This document shows positions 16,501 through 24,262 of a stretch of DNA of 29,719 nucleotides, piece after piece. Positions within the stretch are counted from its first letter, which is position 1, and every line of letters begins with the position of its first letter. The notes under the pieces are model-generated. The model was not told where the DNA came from, ran no database searches, and was given only the letters and a program-made list of their open reading frames with translations. The position numbers were made by a program, and so were the translations under genes. Location: positions 1 through 29,719 of the forward strand of contig JBDGQO010000023.1 of assembly GCA_042219045.1 (NCBI GenBank), in the 5' to 3' direction. The stretch is from Candidatus Bipolaricaulia bacterium. Lineage in GTDB: Bacteria; Bipolaricaulota; Bipolaricaulia; RBG-16-55-9.

Positions 16501-17679
16501 CAGTGGCGGGCCTTCTGGGATGACGGCTCGTCGACGACACAGGACGGACTGGTGGAGTTTGATGGCTCTTCCCAGTTCGACTTTCGACCAGGTCGCGGCT
16601 TCTGGGTGCTGAGTCGAAATCCCCTTGAGGTCTCAGATACTTATGAGGTTGTTTCCCTCAGCGAATCTGGGAATGCGACGATTGATCTTCATTCGGGGTG
16701 GAATATTATCTCGAATCCGCTAGGTAATGGACCATCAAACGGGGATGTCTCCTGGGCCGCTGTTCAGGCAGAGAATGACATCTCACAGCCTCTATTCTCC
16801 TACGAGGGCGGCTTTTCTCAGACCAGCACCTTCGCCTCTGCGCGAGACGGTGACGCATATTATTTCCTTAACGACCAAGGTCTTGATCAGCTTCGGATTC
16901 CGTACTTTGGCACCTCGGCACCCTCTGTCGCTAGCAAAAAGGCCTCTGAGAAGAGTCTCCTCACGCTTTCTGCCAGCAAGGAGGGTCAGCTGCTCTCTTC
17001 CGTTCAGCTCGGGACGAGTTCTTCTGCCAAAGAAGGGAGGGATAAACTCGATCACTTCGGCCCGCCTGCTTACTTTGATGATGTCCGCCTCCAGGTCCAG
17101 AACGACCAGATCGCCAGCAAATACCCCCTCGCCACCGACATCAGGCCGACCGCTTCCACTGGTCAGTCCTTCGACGTGAAGCTATCCGCAGAGCCTGGTG
17201 TGGAAATGACCCTCCGTGTGGAAGGTCTCGCCCAATTCAGCGCAAGCAAGGAGGTCCTGCTCTATGATCCGTTGAATGCCACTACACACGACCTCCGGGA
17301 TGATCCGTCAGTTGAGGTGACGCCCAATTCTGAAGATTCACGCTTCGTCCTTCTCATCGGTAAGAGCTCTTACGTTGAAGAGAAGAAGTCGGACCTCGTG
17401 CCGCAGAGGGTAACCCTCCACCAGAACTACCCGAACCCATTTCGTTCGAAGACTACCTTGAAATATGCTCTTCCCGAGGAATCGGACGTGACGATTGAGG
17501 TCTTCGACTTGCTCGGGCGGAAAGTGGGGACTCTAACCCGTGGACGTCAAGACGCCGGCACACATACCGTTCGCTGGGACGTCGGGGGGCAGGGAGTTTC
17601 CGTTGCGAGTGGTACCTACATCGTGCGACTCCGGGCCGACGGTGTAATCCGCACCATGAAGGTCACACGAGTCAGGTGA
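13501..17679 (+). CDS. T9SS-sorted scaffoldin-like protein (~1392 aa): 3 tandem cohesin-like modules, duplicated DUF4397-like units, cadherin-like domain, type A sorting domain
   Basis: Signal peptide MKTLVTKGARFLTVLLLLSLVTGASAYS-Q from ATG 13501. Three ~125-aa repeats at 13588-13971, 13972-14346 and 14347-14727 sharing S(F/Y)xFx(I/L/F)x(Y/F)DP...VA.A...P(L/I)EGxGxL...FQF(Q/N)EG. Two QFIHNAADP.A..VDVY / LRAVHG.TDAPT.DI units. NLPPNI...DASDPDGDPLSYSL cadherin-like domain. Tail LHQNYPNPFRSKTTLKYALP...VFDLLGRKV...ASGTYIVRL...MKVTRVR. Confidence 0.9.
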   Translation: MKTLVTKGARFLTVLLLLSLVTGASAYSQVPVTLPDVNLTPGETTTVPVEVGDVSEEDIASFNFTITYDPSLVDVTATPSGLSSDPDASVQINNPSDGELSVAVASDSPLEGSGSLVDLEITAAPDVAGTTALSFSSFQFQEGTPAAATTDGSVEVKDVFVSLPDITTRTGQEVEIDINVSDLTDLGARSFQFDLPFDPAVLSGIEVVQEGTLSQGMSLQSTISGGEVSVAAAQSDPLEGSGTLLTIRATLMTGSTPLEFSTFQFNEGRISAGTDPGSVQAADVVATFPEFPAAVGTSQTFAVRTTDLNGLDVFSYEFTFEFDPSVINVTGLSTEGTLSETVDNTDITVNGDSAVVAVASTSPIEGEGPLIKIQTEIIGAGESPLRARSFQFNEGSPSVVTVPGSITATAESSPTQFIHNAADPAASSVDVYFGDRKVLDDFEFRTATEFLPVPADATFDVGVAPGSSSGPDDIIARFPAEFASGTSHTVVANGVLNPDNFVDNPDGEPISFEFFIQSGATTTASAGNVNLRAVHGATDAPTVDIGQESGPTLLEDLTYGDVTADYLSATAEEKVLTVSPGGSNTPVAAFEADLSGLGGTAATVLASGFLNPSANQDGPGFALIAALPNGDVITFEPPTAQAQFIHNAADPAADSVDVYLNGELALDDFEFRTATPFVDVPAVVPVEVGVAGPNSAGVEDTLASQTVTFASGQAHTVVANGVLDPSSFADNPDGEPIGFEFFAASGADSTASSGQVALRAVHGVTDAPTIDIDENGTTLLDNLTYGAVTSEYLSVTAEEKRLVITPGDSDDAVAAFEADLSGLGGTAATVLASGFLDPSANQNGESFALVAVLPNGDVVVFEQNLPPNITDVPSGTVQPTRTFNDQVDASDPDGDPLSYSLQGDPGNASIDSTGAFSFTPPFSQRGSDASFTVQVSDGTASVDSSFTVSVNALDRQPISVDISESFVDATVATNYILIGLPGQVQLPLAQTLQGDEGARNQWRAFWDDGSSTTQDGLVEFDGSSQFDFRPGRGFWVLSRNPLEVSDTYEVVSLSESGNATIDLHSGWNIISNPLGNGPSNGDVSWAAVQAENDISQPLFSYEGGFSQTSTFASARDGDAYYFLNDQGLDQLRIPYFGTSAPSVASKKASEKSLLTLSASKEGQLLSSVQLGTSSSAKEGRDKLDHFGPPAYFDDVRLQVQNDQIASKYPLATDIRPTASTGQSFDVKLSAEPGVEMTLRVEGLAQFSASKEVLLYDPLNATTHDLRDDPSVEVTPNSEDSRFVLLIGKSSYVEEKKSDLVPQRVTLHQNYPNPFRSKTTLKYALPEESDVTIEVFDLLGRKVGTLTRGRQDAGTHTVRWDVGGQGVSVASGTYIVRLRADGVIRTMKVTRVR
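14746..16086 (+). repeat. Intragenic tandem duplication (~681-bp period) encoding two DUF4397-like units
   Basis: CAATTTATCCA at 14746 and 15427. The blocks TTCGAAGCGGACCTGTCTGGT...GGAGGCACGGCCGCGACGGTTCTCGC near 15268 and 15946 are almost identical at DNA level. Confidence 0.85.
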
Positions 17680-17726
17680 TTACCATCTGGCTGATACTCC
17701 TCGATCAGATCGCTCCTTCACTCCCA

Positions 17727-18188
17727 ATGAGCTTCGCACTCATGAATCGCTTTATTTTGCTTCTGGCCCCCATCCTTCTGGTCTTTACCTTTGGGATCGC
17801 CACGGCAACCGCGCAAACTCCCTCTGGAACTCTGGGGTCCACAAGTGCTGATGCCGACGCTGCACCTGCTCCGTCGGACCAGTCCAGCGTGGTCATACAG
17901 ACGTCTGATGATCCTTCAATTTCTGATCGCCAGGACGTCGAGGCTGCCATGCTACAGACCTCTTCCGGGACTGTGCTGAACACGTCGACCTTGAGCGTCT
18001 CAACAAGCTCGGCCCGTCTCCCCGCCCTGCCGAAGCAGGATTCTCAGGCGGAGAACGGAAACCGTCAGATTTATTACATCGTCGGCGGTGTCCTCGCTGC
18101 CACCGGAGCCGTGGTAGGGATCCTGCTTCTAGGAGGAGGAGATGAAGGTCCCCCTGCTATTCCTCCTCCCGAGGGACGCCCTCAGTAG
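17727..18188 (+). CDS. Small exported or membrane-anchored hypothetical protein
   Basis: N-terminal signal (MNRFILLLAPILLVFTFGIATATA-Q; start 17727 or 17742), S/T/A/D-rich linker, C-terminal hydrophobic segment IYYIVGGVLAATGAVVGILLL, then GGG and a Pro-rich tail. Lies 47 bp after the previous gene and before the terminator. Confidence 0.75.
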   Translation: MSFALMNRFILLLAPILLVFTFGIATATAQTPSGTLGSTSADADAAPAPSDQSSVVIQTSDDPSISDRQDVEAAMLQTSSGTVLNTSTLSVSTSSARLPALPKQDSQAENGNRQIYYIVGGVLAATGAVVGILLLGGGDEGPPAIPPPEGRPQ

Positions 18189-18221
18189 CTGGCCAGAGTG
18201 GGTGATTCTTTTCTGGGATTG

Positions 18222-18264
18222 AAGCGGCCCTACCCTCCTCTTCCAGGGTAGGGCCGTTTTCTTT
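18222..18264 (+). terminator. Rho-independent terminator ending the surface-protein operon
   Basis: GCGGCCCTACCCT-CCTCTTCC-AGGGTAGGGCCGT followed by TTTCTTT, located between the convergent small gene and pyrB. Confidence 0.85.
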
Positions 18265-18286
18265 ATGGCTTCACCCCAAGGTGCTG

Positions 18287-19249
18287 TTAACGTTGGCGCT
18301 GGGGAGCAAGAAGGTACAGGAGGGCCATCCGCACGGCAACCCCATTCGTGACCTGGCTCAGGATGATTGCCCGCTCGTGGTCGACGACCTCGTTCGCGAG
18401 TTCGATGCCCCGGTTGACCGGGCCGGGATGCATGACCAGCAGTTCAGGATGTCGGCGAAGGTGGTCCTGCGTGATGCCGAACTGCCTATGATACTCCCGC
18501 ACGCTTGGAAAGAGGCCCTCATCCTGGCGCTCCATCTGTATGCGAAGGGCCATGGCAATGTCACAGGGGGCGAGAGCGTCGCTGAGCCGTGTCGTGGTCC
18601 GTACGTTCATGGCCTCCTGGGTACGCACCGGAAGCATCGTTTCGGGGCCGCACAGCGTCACTGTAGCCCCTAGGGTGGTTAGCAGCTGCACGTTTGACCG
18701 TGCGACCCGGCTGTGGGTGATGTCCCCCACAATGGCCACATGCAGATCCTCAAACGTCTGGGCGTACTTCCAGATCGTGAGTGCATCGAGCAGCGCCTGA
18801 GTGGGGTGGGCGTGCGCCCCGTCCCCGGCATTGATGATGACGCTGTCGGTCCGACGGGCGAGAAAGTGCGGCGCTCCGGGGGACGAGTGCCGAAGCACCA
18901 CCATGTCGACCTTCATGGCCTCGATGTTTCGGGCCGTGTCTTTAAGCGTTTCCCCCTTCTTGACCGACGACCCGGACTTTGAGAGGCTCACCGTTTCGGC
19001 CGACAGGCGGCTGGCCGCAAGATTGAAGGAGAGTTTGGTTCGGGTCGAGGGTTCGAAGAAGAGGCTGGCCACGGAGGTCCCCTGGAGCGTAGGGACCGTG
19101 CGAATGGGCCGATCGAGCACGGCCCGAAACTCCTCCGCGGTGTCGAGGATGTGCCGGATCTCGGTGGCCTCGTAGGTCGAAAGATCGAGGAGGTGCCGAT
19201 GTTCGAGGCGCTCGGGCCGATCTGCGGTCGAAAGAGAAGACTCTGCCAT
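18287..19249 (-). CDS. pyrB: Aspartate carbamoyltransferase catalytic subunit
   Basis: Motifs [56 protein letters not shown] and MHPGPVNRG. Start trimmed to ATG 19249 (MAESSL). Confidence 0.97.
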   Translation of the reverse strand: MAESSLSTADRPERLEHRHLLDLSTYEATEIRHILDTAEEFRAVLDRPIRTVPTLQGTSVASLFFEPSTRTKLSFNLAASRLSAETVSLSKSGSSVKKGETLKDTARNIEAMKVDMVVLRHSSPGAPHFLARRTDSVIINAGDGAHAHPTQALLDALTIWKYAQTFEDLHVAIVGDITHSRVARSNVQLLTTLGATVTLCGPETMLPVRTQEAMNVRTTTRLSDALAPCDIAMALRIQMERQDEGLFPSVREYHRQFGITQDHLRRHPELLVMHPGPVNRGIELANEVVDHERAIILSQVTNGVAVRMALLYLLAPQRQR

Positions 19250-19407
19250 AAGCAGGAGCAAGAATCGAGCTAAGGAGAGAACAGAGGGGGACATTCCGTG
19301 CTGGACAGGGCGAGGACCCAGAACGGCAGTCCCGTGCCTGCTACCACCCGCCAGCCTGGAGGAGACGGCGCTGTATGCCCCCAAGAACGCTCGGTCGACC
19401 CGTTCGG

Positions 19408-20004
19408 TCACCGGGGGCCGGTGCCGGCGTCGTCCGAGGACGCCTCCACGAGCCACACCCCGTCCTCGTCGTCCACCTCCTCGACGCAGACCCGCACCTC
19501 CTCGTCGGGCAGGGTGGGCACGACGCGGCCTACGATATCCGCAGTAATTGGCACCTCCCGGTGCTGCCGGTCGATGATGACGAGAAACCGGACCGACGCA
19601 GGCCGACCCCGGTCCATGAGCGCGTCAAGGGCCGCGCGCCCGCTACGTCCCGTAAACACCACATCGTCGACCAGGACCAGGTGACGCTCAGTCACGTCGA
19701 ACGGGATGCGGGTCTTTTGAATTTGGGGCTGCTCCAACCGGAGGCGTACATCGTCCCGGTACATGGTCACGTCCAGGGCCCCGACCGGAAGCTCCACACC
19801 TTCCCGATCCCGAATGCGGTGCTGAATCCGTCGGGCCAGGTGAACCCCGCGAGTGTGCATGCCCACGACCGCAAACGTGCGTTCGGGCTTCTGGGCGGAG
19901 TGAGGATCGAACAGCTCCAGAATCTGCTGGGCCATCCGATCCAGTGTACGGGCGAGGTCGCGAGCCGTCATTAACTGCGCCTTTATGCGGTCGTCGACCG
20001 GCAT
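19408..20004 (-). CDS. pyrR: Bifunctional pyr regulator / uracil phosphoribosyltransferase PyrR
   Basis: Motifs [62 protein letters not shown] and [15 protein letters not shown]. Upstream of pyrB. Start trimmed to ATG 20004 (MPVDDRIK). Confidence 0.95.
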   Translation of the reverse strand: MPVDDRIKAQLMTARDLARTLDRMAQQILELFDPHSAQKPERTFAVVGMHTRGVHLARRIQHRIRDREGVELPVGALDVTMYRDDVRLRLEQPQIQKTRIPFDVTERHLVLVDDVVFTGRSGRAALDALMDRGRPASVRFLVIIDRQHREVPITADIVGRVVPTLPDEEVRVCVEEVDDEDGVWLVEASSDDAGTGPR

Positions 20005-20168
20005 GAATAGAAATCGTTGGTGATCGCAGAGGGCGCGGCGCAGGAACACTGCGGCCCCCGGGCGGGAGAACCGGTGAAGAAAGCGGTCCTGCGTCCTGAT
20101 TCCAAGGAACCGAACACGGGACAGACTTTCTAACGAGTCCCCTGTCTTGTTCAAATCAACGGAAGCTT

Positions 20169-21101
20169 ATGGCTCAGTCCGACGATGCCCTCCGTTATCT
20201 TGATCCTGCCGCCATCTCCGAGCTCGGCACCATGGAGCTCCGGGCTCGGCTCATCGTGGAGGGGTTCATCACGGGACTTCACCGCAGTCCCTATCATGGC
20301 TTCTCGGTGGAATTCGCCGAGCACCGGCCCTACAATCCGGGCGACGATCTCCGCCACGTCGACTGGAAGGTCTATGCGAAGACCGATCGCTACTACATTA
20401 AACAGTACGAGGAAGAGACGAACCTCCGGCATTACGTCGTCCTCGACACCTCCCCCTCCATGCGGTACCAGGGGGAAGGACCAATCTCAAAGCTCGACTA
20501 CGGGTCGTACCTGGCCGCTGCGTTGCACAACCTGATGTTCAAGCAACGGGATGCGACCGGTCTCATCGGGTTCGACGAAACGGTGCATACCTTTCGTCCC
20601 CCCAGAGCCACGCCCGGCTACCTGCGCCGTCTCCTTGGGACCCTGGAGCAGATTCACCAGCAGGACGCCGAGGGACAACGCACGAGCGCCGCCGCGGCGC
20701 TCGAAGAGGTCGCCGAGCGCGTAAAACGCCGATCCATGGTCGTCGTGATTACCGATCTTTTTGAGAACATTGCGGCCCACGACGATCTCCTCAAATCACT
20801 ACGTCACCTCCGGCACCGGGGCCACGAGGTGATTGTCTTTCACGTACTGGAAGGCGAAACCGAGCGTCGCTTTCACTTCCCGGATCGTCCTTTGCTCTTC
20901 CGGGATGCAGAGACGGGGGAAGAGCTTTCCCTGCAGCCCGCGCAGGTTCGGGACCACTACACCGAAGCGGTCGAGCACTTCACCGAAGCCTTTCGCCGGC
21001 GCTGTCTGGAGCACGACATCGACTTCGTGGAGCTAGACACGAACGAGGCGTATGACTCAGCCCTCCTGGCGTACCTGAACAAGCGGTCTCGCCTGGCCTG
21101 A
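20169..21101 (+). CDS. DUF58 family protein (MoxR-associated, vWA-like)
   Basis: GLHRSPYHGFSVEFAEHRPYNPGDDLRHVDWKVYAKTDRYYIKQYEEET, then VLDTSPSM and VVITDL...LRHRGHEVIVFHV. Confidence 0.93.
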   Translation: MAQSDDALRYLDPAAISELGTMELRARLIVEGFITGLHRSPYHGFSVEFAEHRPYNPGDDLRHVDWKVYAKTDRYYIKQYEEETNLRHYVVLDTSPSMRYQGEGPISKLDYGSYLAAALHNLMFKQRDATGLIGFDETVHTFRPPRATPGYLRRLLGTLEQIHQQDAEGQRTSAAAALEEVAERVKRRSMVVVITDLFENIAAHDDLLKSLRHLRHRGHEVIVFHVLEGETERRFHFPDRPLLFRDAETGEELSLQPAQVRDHYTEAVEHFTEAFRRRCLEHDIDFVELDTNEAYDSALLAYLNKRSRLA

Positions 21102-21198
21102 CGGAGAGGAAGGGGCAGAGGGCAAGCGTTGCTCGCAGATCACAGTCCATGAGCGGGTGGGACCGGGTCAGTTCTGAACCGTGCCGGCACTGGGGATC

Positions 21199-21579
21199 TC
21201 AGTTGCAGGTTTCAACGGAGTCTGCCCGCACCATGAGGACCTCGACCAGGTCGAAGGTCCGGGCGGAGTTTCCGGAGGGCCCGTAGTCTCCCTTCCGGCT
21301 GGGCTTTCCACGGAGGCGAACGAATGCTTCGCCCCGCGTGTCTTCGGGCACGGCGTTCAACCATCGCTTCACAAGTTCGCTTTGGGCAGCGCGCTCGCCG
21401 GTCACGAACCAACTCTCCTCTTTGCTACAGACCCAAAACCCGTTCGACTCGAAACCAGGTCTGTAGAAGCCTTCGTAGACGCCGCGGGGTAGTCCTTGGG
21501 TTTCGGAGCCGAAAAGAGAACAACCCCCAATCAGAACCGCGAAGGCGAGAAGGGAGGCAATCAGAGAGAGGCTGCGCAT
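21199..21579 (-). CDS. Small hypothetical lipoprotein
   Basis: MRSLSLIASLLAFAVLIGG-C lipobox-type signal from ATG 21579. The mature part is YEGFYRPGFESNGFWVC...FVRLRGKPSRKGDYGPSG. Confidence 0.7.
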   Translation of the reverse strand: MRSLSLIASLLAFAVLIGGCSLFGSETQGLPRGVYEGFYRPGFESNGFWVCSKEESWFVTGERAAQSELVKRWLNAVPEDTRGEAFVRLRGKPSRKGDYGPSGNSARTFDLVEVLMVRADSVETCN

Positions 21580-21957
21580 AGACGTCCAGTCGTCGGTGGG
21601 TAGGGAAACGGTGGAAGGCGGGGGATGGCGCGACTCCAATTCAGTCCAGGAGGGGAAGGGGTCTGTTGTAGAGCCCTGGTATGGGGACTACGTTGACCAA
21701 AGAATGCTTCGGAGGCAGGGAAGGGGTAAACGTCGCTTCGAGAGCGGCCTTGGCCCGGAGAGTCGGGGGCGACAAGGTCTCTGTGTCCATAAGTGTCCTC
21801 CAAGCGGACGATGTACAGGATGGAAGGGGGCGACCGCCCGCAAGGCTGGTGGGGTGAACAAAAGGCCCTATCTTCATAACACACCGACGGGTGAGAATCA
21901 AGAACAAGTGGGGGCGATCCGGGCCATCTGAGGACACAGACGGAAAACGAGGCGCCG

Positions 21958-22545
21958 TCAGAGTTCGGCAGGAGCCATTGACGGATGGATGGGAGATTGT
22001 TCGGCCTGGAGGCGATCGAGCAGTGCGGCCTGAGTGCTGGAGTCAGAGAAGGACACGATCACCGGACCCTCCTCGGTGTCCAGACAAATCACGTCGCCGG
22101 AGAGTCCGGAGACGAAAACTTGGGTGGCCGCATAACGGCGATAGTGGCGATGAAACCGAACAGTCGAGATGGTATCCACTGTATCAACCGAGGGATAGGG
22201 AATGGTCTGGGACCGACTGCCCTGTCGCAGCTCTACGGCGTCGGAGGTGCACGTTACGCGAACAGCCGGGCGGAAGCCGACCAGTCCAAAACCGGCGAGG
22301 AGAAGGACAGAAATCACTTGTCCCCCCCAGAACCAGAGTTGCCACGAGGGACGGTTGGCGAACAATGATTTCAGAAGCGCCCACCCCAGATAGTGACCCA
22401 TCAGTAGGGCAAGGGCGAGCCCTGTAAGCACCACGATGAAGAGCGCTTCGCCACGAAGGCGATCGCCAACCCACGTCCGAACTGCCCGTCCGAGCAGTGA
22501 ATAGCTGGGGTGATACGAGCGCGAGGATCGAAAAGTATGCGACAC
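21958..22545 (-). CDS. Hypothetical membrane protein (two TM helices plus a small soluble, possibly PH-like, domain)
   Basis: Hydrophobic segments EALFIVVLTGLALALLMGHYLGWALL and LWFWGGQVISVLLLAGFGLVGF, then VELRQGSRSQTIPYPSVDTV. Start uncertain: GTG 22545 or ATG 22665. Confidence 0.7.
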   Translation of the reverse strand: MSHTFRSSRSYHPSYSLLGRAVRTWVGDRLRGEALFIVVLTGLALALLMGHYLGWALLKSLFANRPSWQLWFWGGQVISVLLLAGFGLVGFRPAVRVTCTSDAVELRQGSRSQTIPYPSVDTVDTISTVRFHRHYRRYAATQVFVSGLSGDVICLDTEEGPVIVSFSDSSTQAALLDRLQAEQSPIHPSMAPAEL

Positions 22546-22706
22546 GATGGGAGGAAAGATATTTCCCGTAGTACAGTGGGCAGAAAAACCATCCGCGGTC
22601 GGCCGCAGGGTCGTCGCGAGAAGAATAACCGGTGGGAAAATGCCAGAGGCCGGGAAGGTCTGCATTTTGACGATCCTACGAGCGAGGCGGTCGAGGGTTG
22701 CCAGCC

Positions 22707-24068
22707 TCAGGATTCCGACGCGTGGTCGTTCCTGGACGCGCTGTGTTTGGGGAGATCCAGGACAAACTCGTCACGGTAGGCACGGTAACCGGTCACCAAG
22801 ATTGCGGTAACCGGGACGGCGATAAGAAGTCCGAACACGCCGAGGAGGGTGCCAAAGGCCAGGAGCGAAAATAGGACGAGAAGGGGATGAAGTCCAACTT
22901 GATAGCTCAAGATGTTTGGGACGAGAACGCTCTGTTCCAGCAGTCCCTCTCCGAGCAACACAGCGACGACGAGCGCCGCCTTCAGCCAGCTTCCAAGAAC
23001 GAGGGCGACCAGGGCGCCCACGACCATAGTGATGAGGGCCCCGATCTGAGGAATAAGGTTCAGGATGCCCGCCAACAGCCCGATGAGGAGCCAGAAGGGC
23101 ACGTTGAGCAGAAACAAAAGCACCGACACGTTGAAGGCGGCGATGATGCATATGGTGAGCTGTCCCCGAAGGTACCGACCGACGATGCCTCCGGCCTCGA
23201 CGAAGGCGTCCCGCCGCCCGCCGACGACGTAACAGAGGCGGACCAACGCCCCCTGAACGTCGGGGTAGTCTCGCAACGTGTAAAAGAGGATCACGGGAAC
23301 GAGAGCGATGAGCGTCACGATGCCGAAGAACGACCCCAGCGACGCAAGCAGATCCTGAATGGCGCCGGGAAGCTGAGTGGCCTGCTTCTTCACGATGCTC
23401 TGGACTTGGGCCAACACCTCCTGCTTATCGAGGAGACCGGCCGTTTCGAGGGCATCCAAAACCGTCGAAGCCGCCAGCCAGGACCGCAGACCCTGAACGG
23501 TGTTCAAGATGCGAGCCGACAGGGCGCGGGCCTGGTCGGCGATACTGGGAGCGAGAATGAGGATAAACAAGACGAAGATTCCCACCACCAGGACCGTGAT
23601 GACGAGCGACGGAACCCAGCGCGGGACCCGAAAGCGACGCTCAAGGCGCTTGACGAGCGGGTCGAGCAGGTAGGCCAGCAGGTACACCGCCACGAACGGA
23701 ACGAGAACGCGACTGAGCTTGTCGAGCGTCCACAGCAGCAGCAACAGTCCGCCCGAAAGGAGAAGGGCCCGGACTGCCTTGTTGCGGCGGAGGGGCCAGA
23801 GCAGCACGGTTCCGGCCAGGGCCACGAGCGGGGGCGTCAGGAAGACCTCATCTCGGGGGGGCGTGTGCATCTCGTACAGCATCACGAGGAAGAGCACGAC
23901 GCCTCCCGCGATGAGAACGGTCTCGAAGGCAGTCCCCCGCAGCCACTCGGGACGATCTGGGAAGGAGGAGGACTCTTCTGAGGACTCGGATGCCGATTGC
24001 GGAGAAGCTTCCGCGGAGGAGGTCGGCTCGGTCGGTTCGGGCCGCTGGGACGCTGAATCGGGGGACAT
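22707..24068 (-). CDS. AI-2E (UPF0118/PerM) family transporter
   Basis: PFVAVYLLAYLLDPLVKRLE, GRYLRGQLTICII, LLAGILNLIPQIG, EQSVLVPNILSYQVGLHPLLVLFSLLAFGTLLGVFGLLIAVPVTAIL. Start trimmed to ATG 24068. Confidence 0.93.
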   Translation of the reverse strand: MSPDSASQRPEPTEPTSSAEASPQSASESSEESSSFPDRPEWLRGTAFETVLIAGGVVLFLVMLYEMHTPPRDEVFLTPPLVALAGTVLLWPLRRNKAVRALLLSGGLLLLLWTLDKLSRVLVPFVAVYLLAYLLDPLVKRLERRFRVPRWVPSLVITVLVVGIFVLFILILAPSIADQARALSARILNTVQGLRSWLAASTVLDALETAGLLDKQEVLAQVQSIVKKQATQLPGAIQDLLASLGSFFGIVTLIALVPVILFYTLRDYPDVQGALVRLCYVVGGRRDAFVEAGGIVGRYLRGQLTICIIAAFNVSVLLFLLNVPFWLLIGLLAGILNLIPQIGALITMVVGALVALVLGSWLKAALVVAVLLGEGLLEQSVLVPNILSYQVGLHPLLVLFSLLAFGTLLGVFGLLIAVPVTAILVTGYRAYRDEFVLDLPKHSASRNDHASES

Positions 24069-24262
24069 GGAACGCAAGAAAGCGGCACGATGGGCGTTTT
24101 TCCAGCAAACAAGTGGCAGCCAGGCGGGTTCGCCCGGGGACGGTCCGGAACGCAATCGGTGTAAATGAAAAGCCGGAAACCGCTTCTCCAGTGGTGCTCC
24201 TCGACAGGAGCGTACAGGCTAGTTCGGTCTGCTGCCCCGAATAAACCCCGCGGCAGGAACCG

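Noticed and set aside
2986..17679. Calling the cluster a true cellulosome
   Set aside because: No glycoside hydrolase or CBM3 motif is recognisable in the window. Dockerin-bearing enzymes elsewhere in the genome cannot be excluded.
19250..20168. Possible PyrR-binding attenuator upstream of pyrR or pyrB
   Set aside because: I found no ARUCCNGNGAGGYU-type binding loop or U-tailed attenuator hairpin on the minus strand.
21641..21937. Short ORFs between the lipoprotein and membrane-protein genes
   Set aside because: No motif or coding-like composition; treated as intergenic.
22887..23981. 364-aa plus-strand Q/D/E/H-rich ORF
   Set aside because: Exact antisense of the hydrophobic AI-2E transporter gene.
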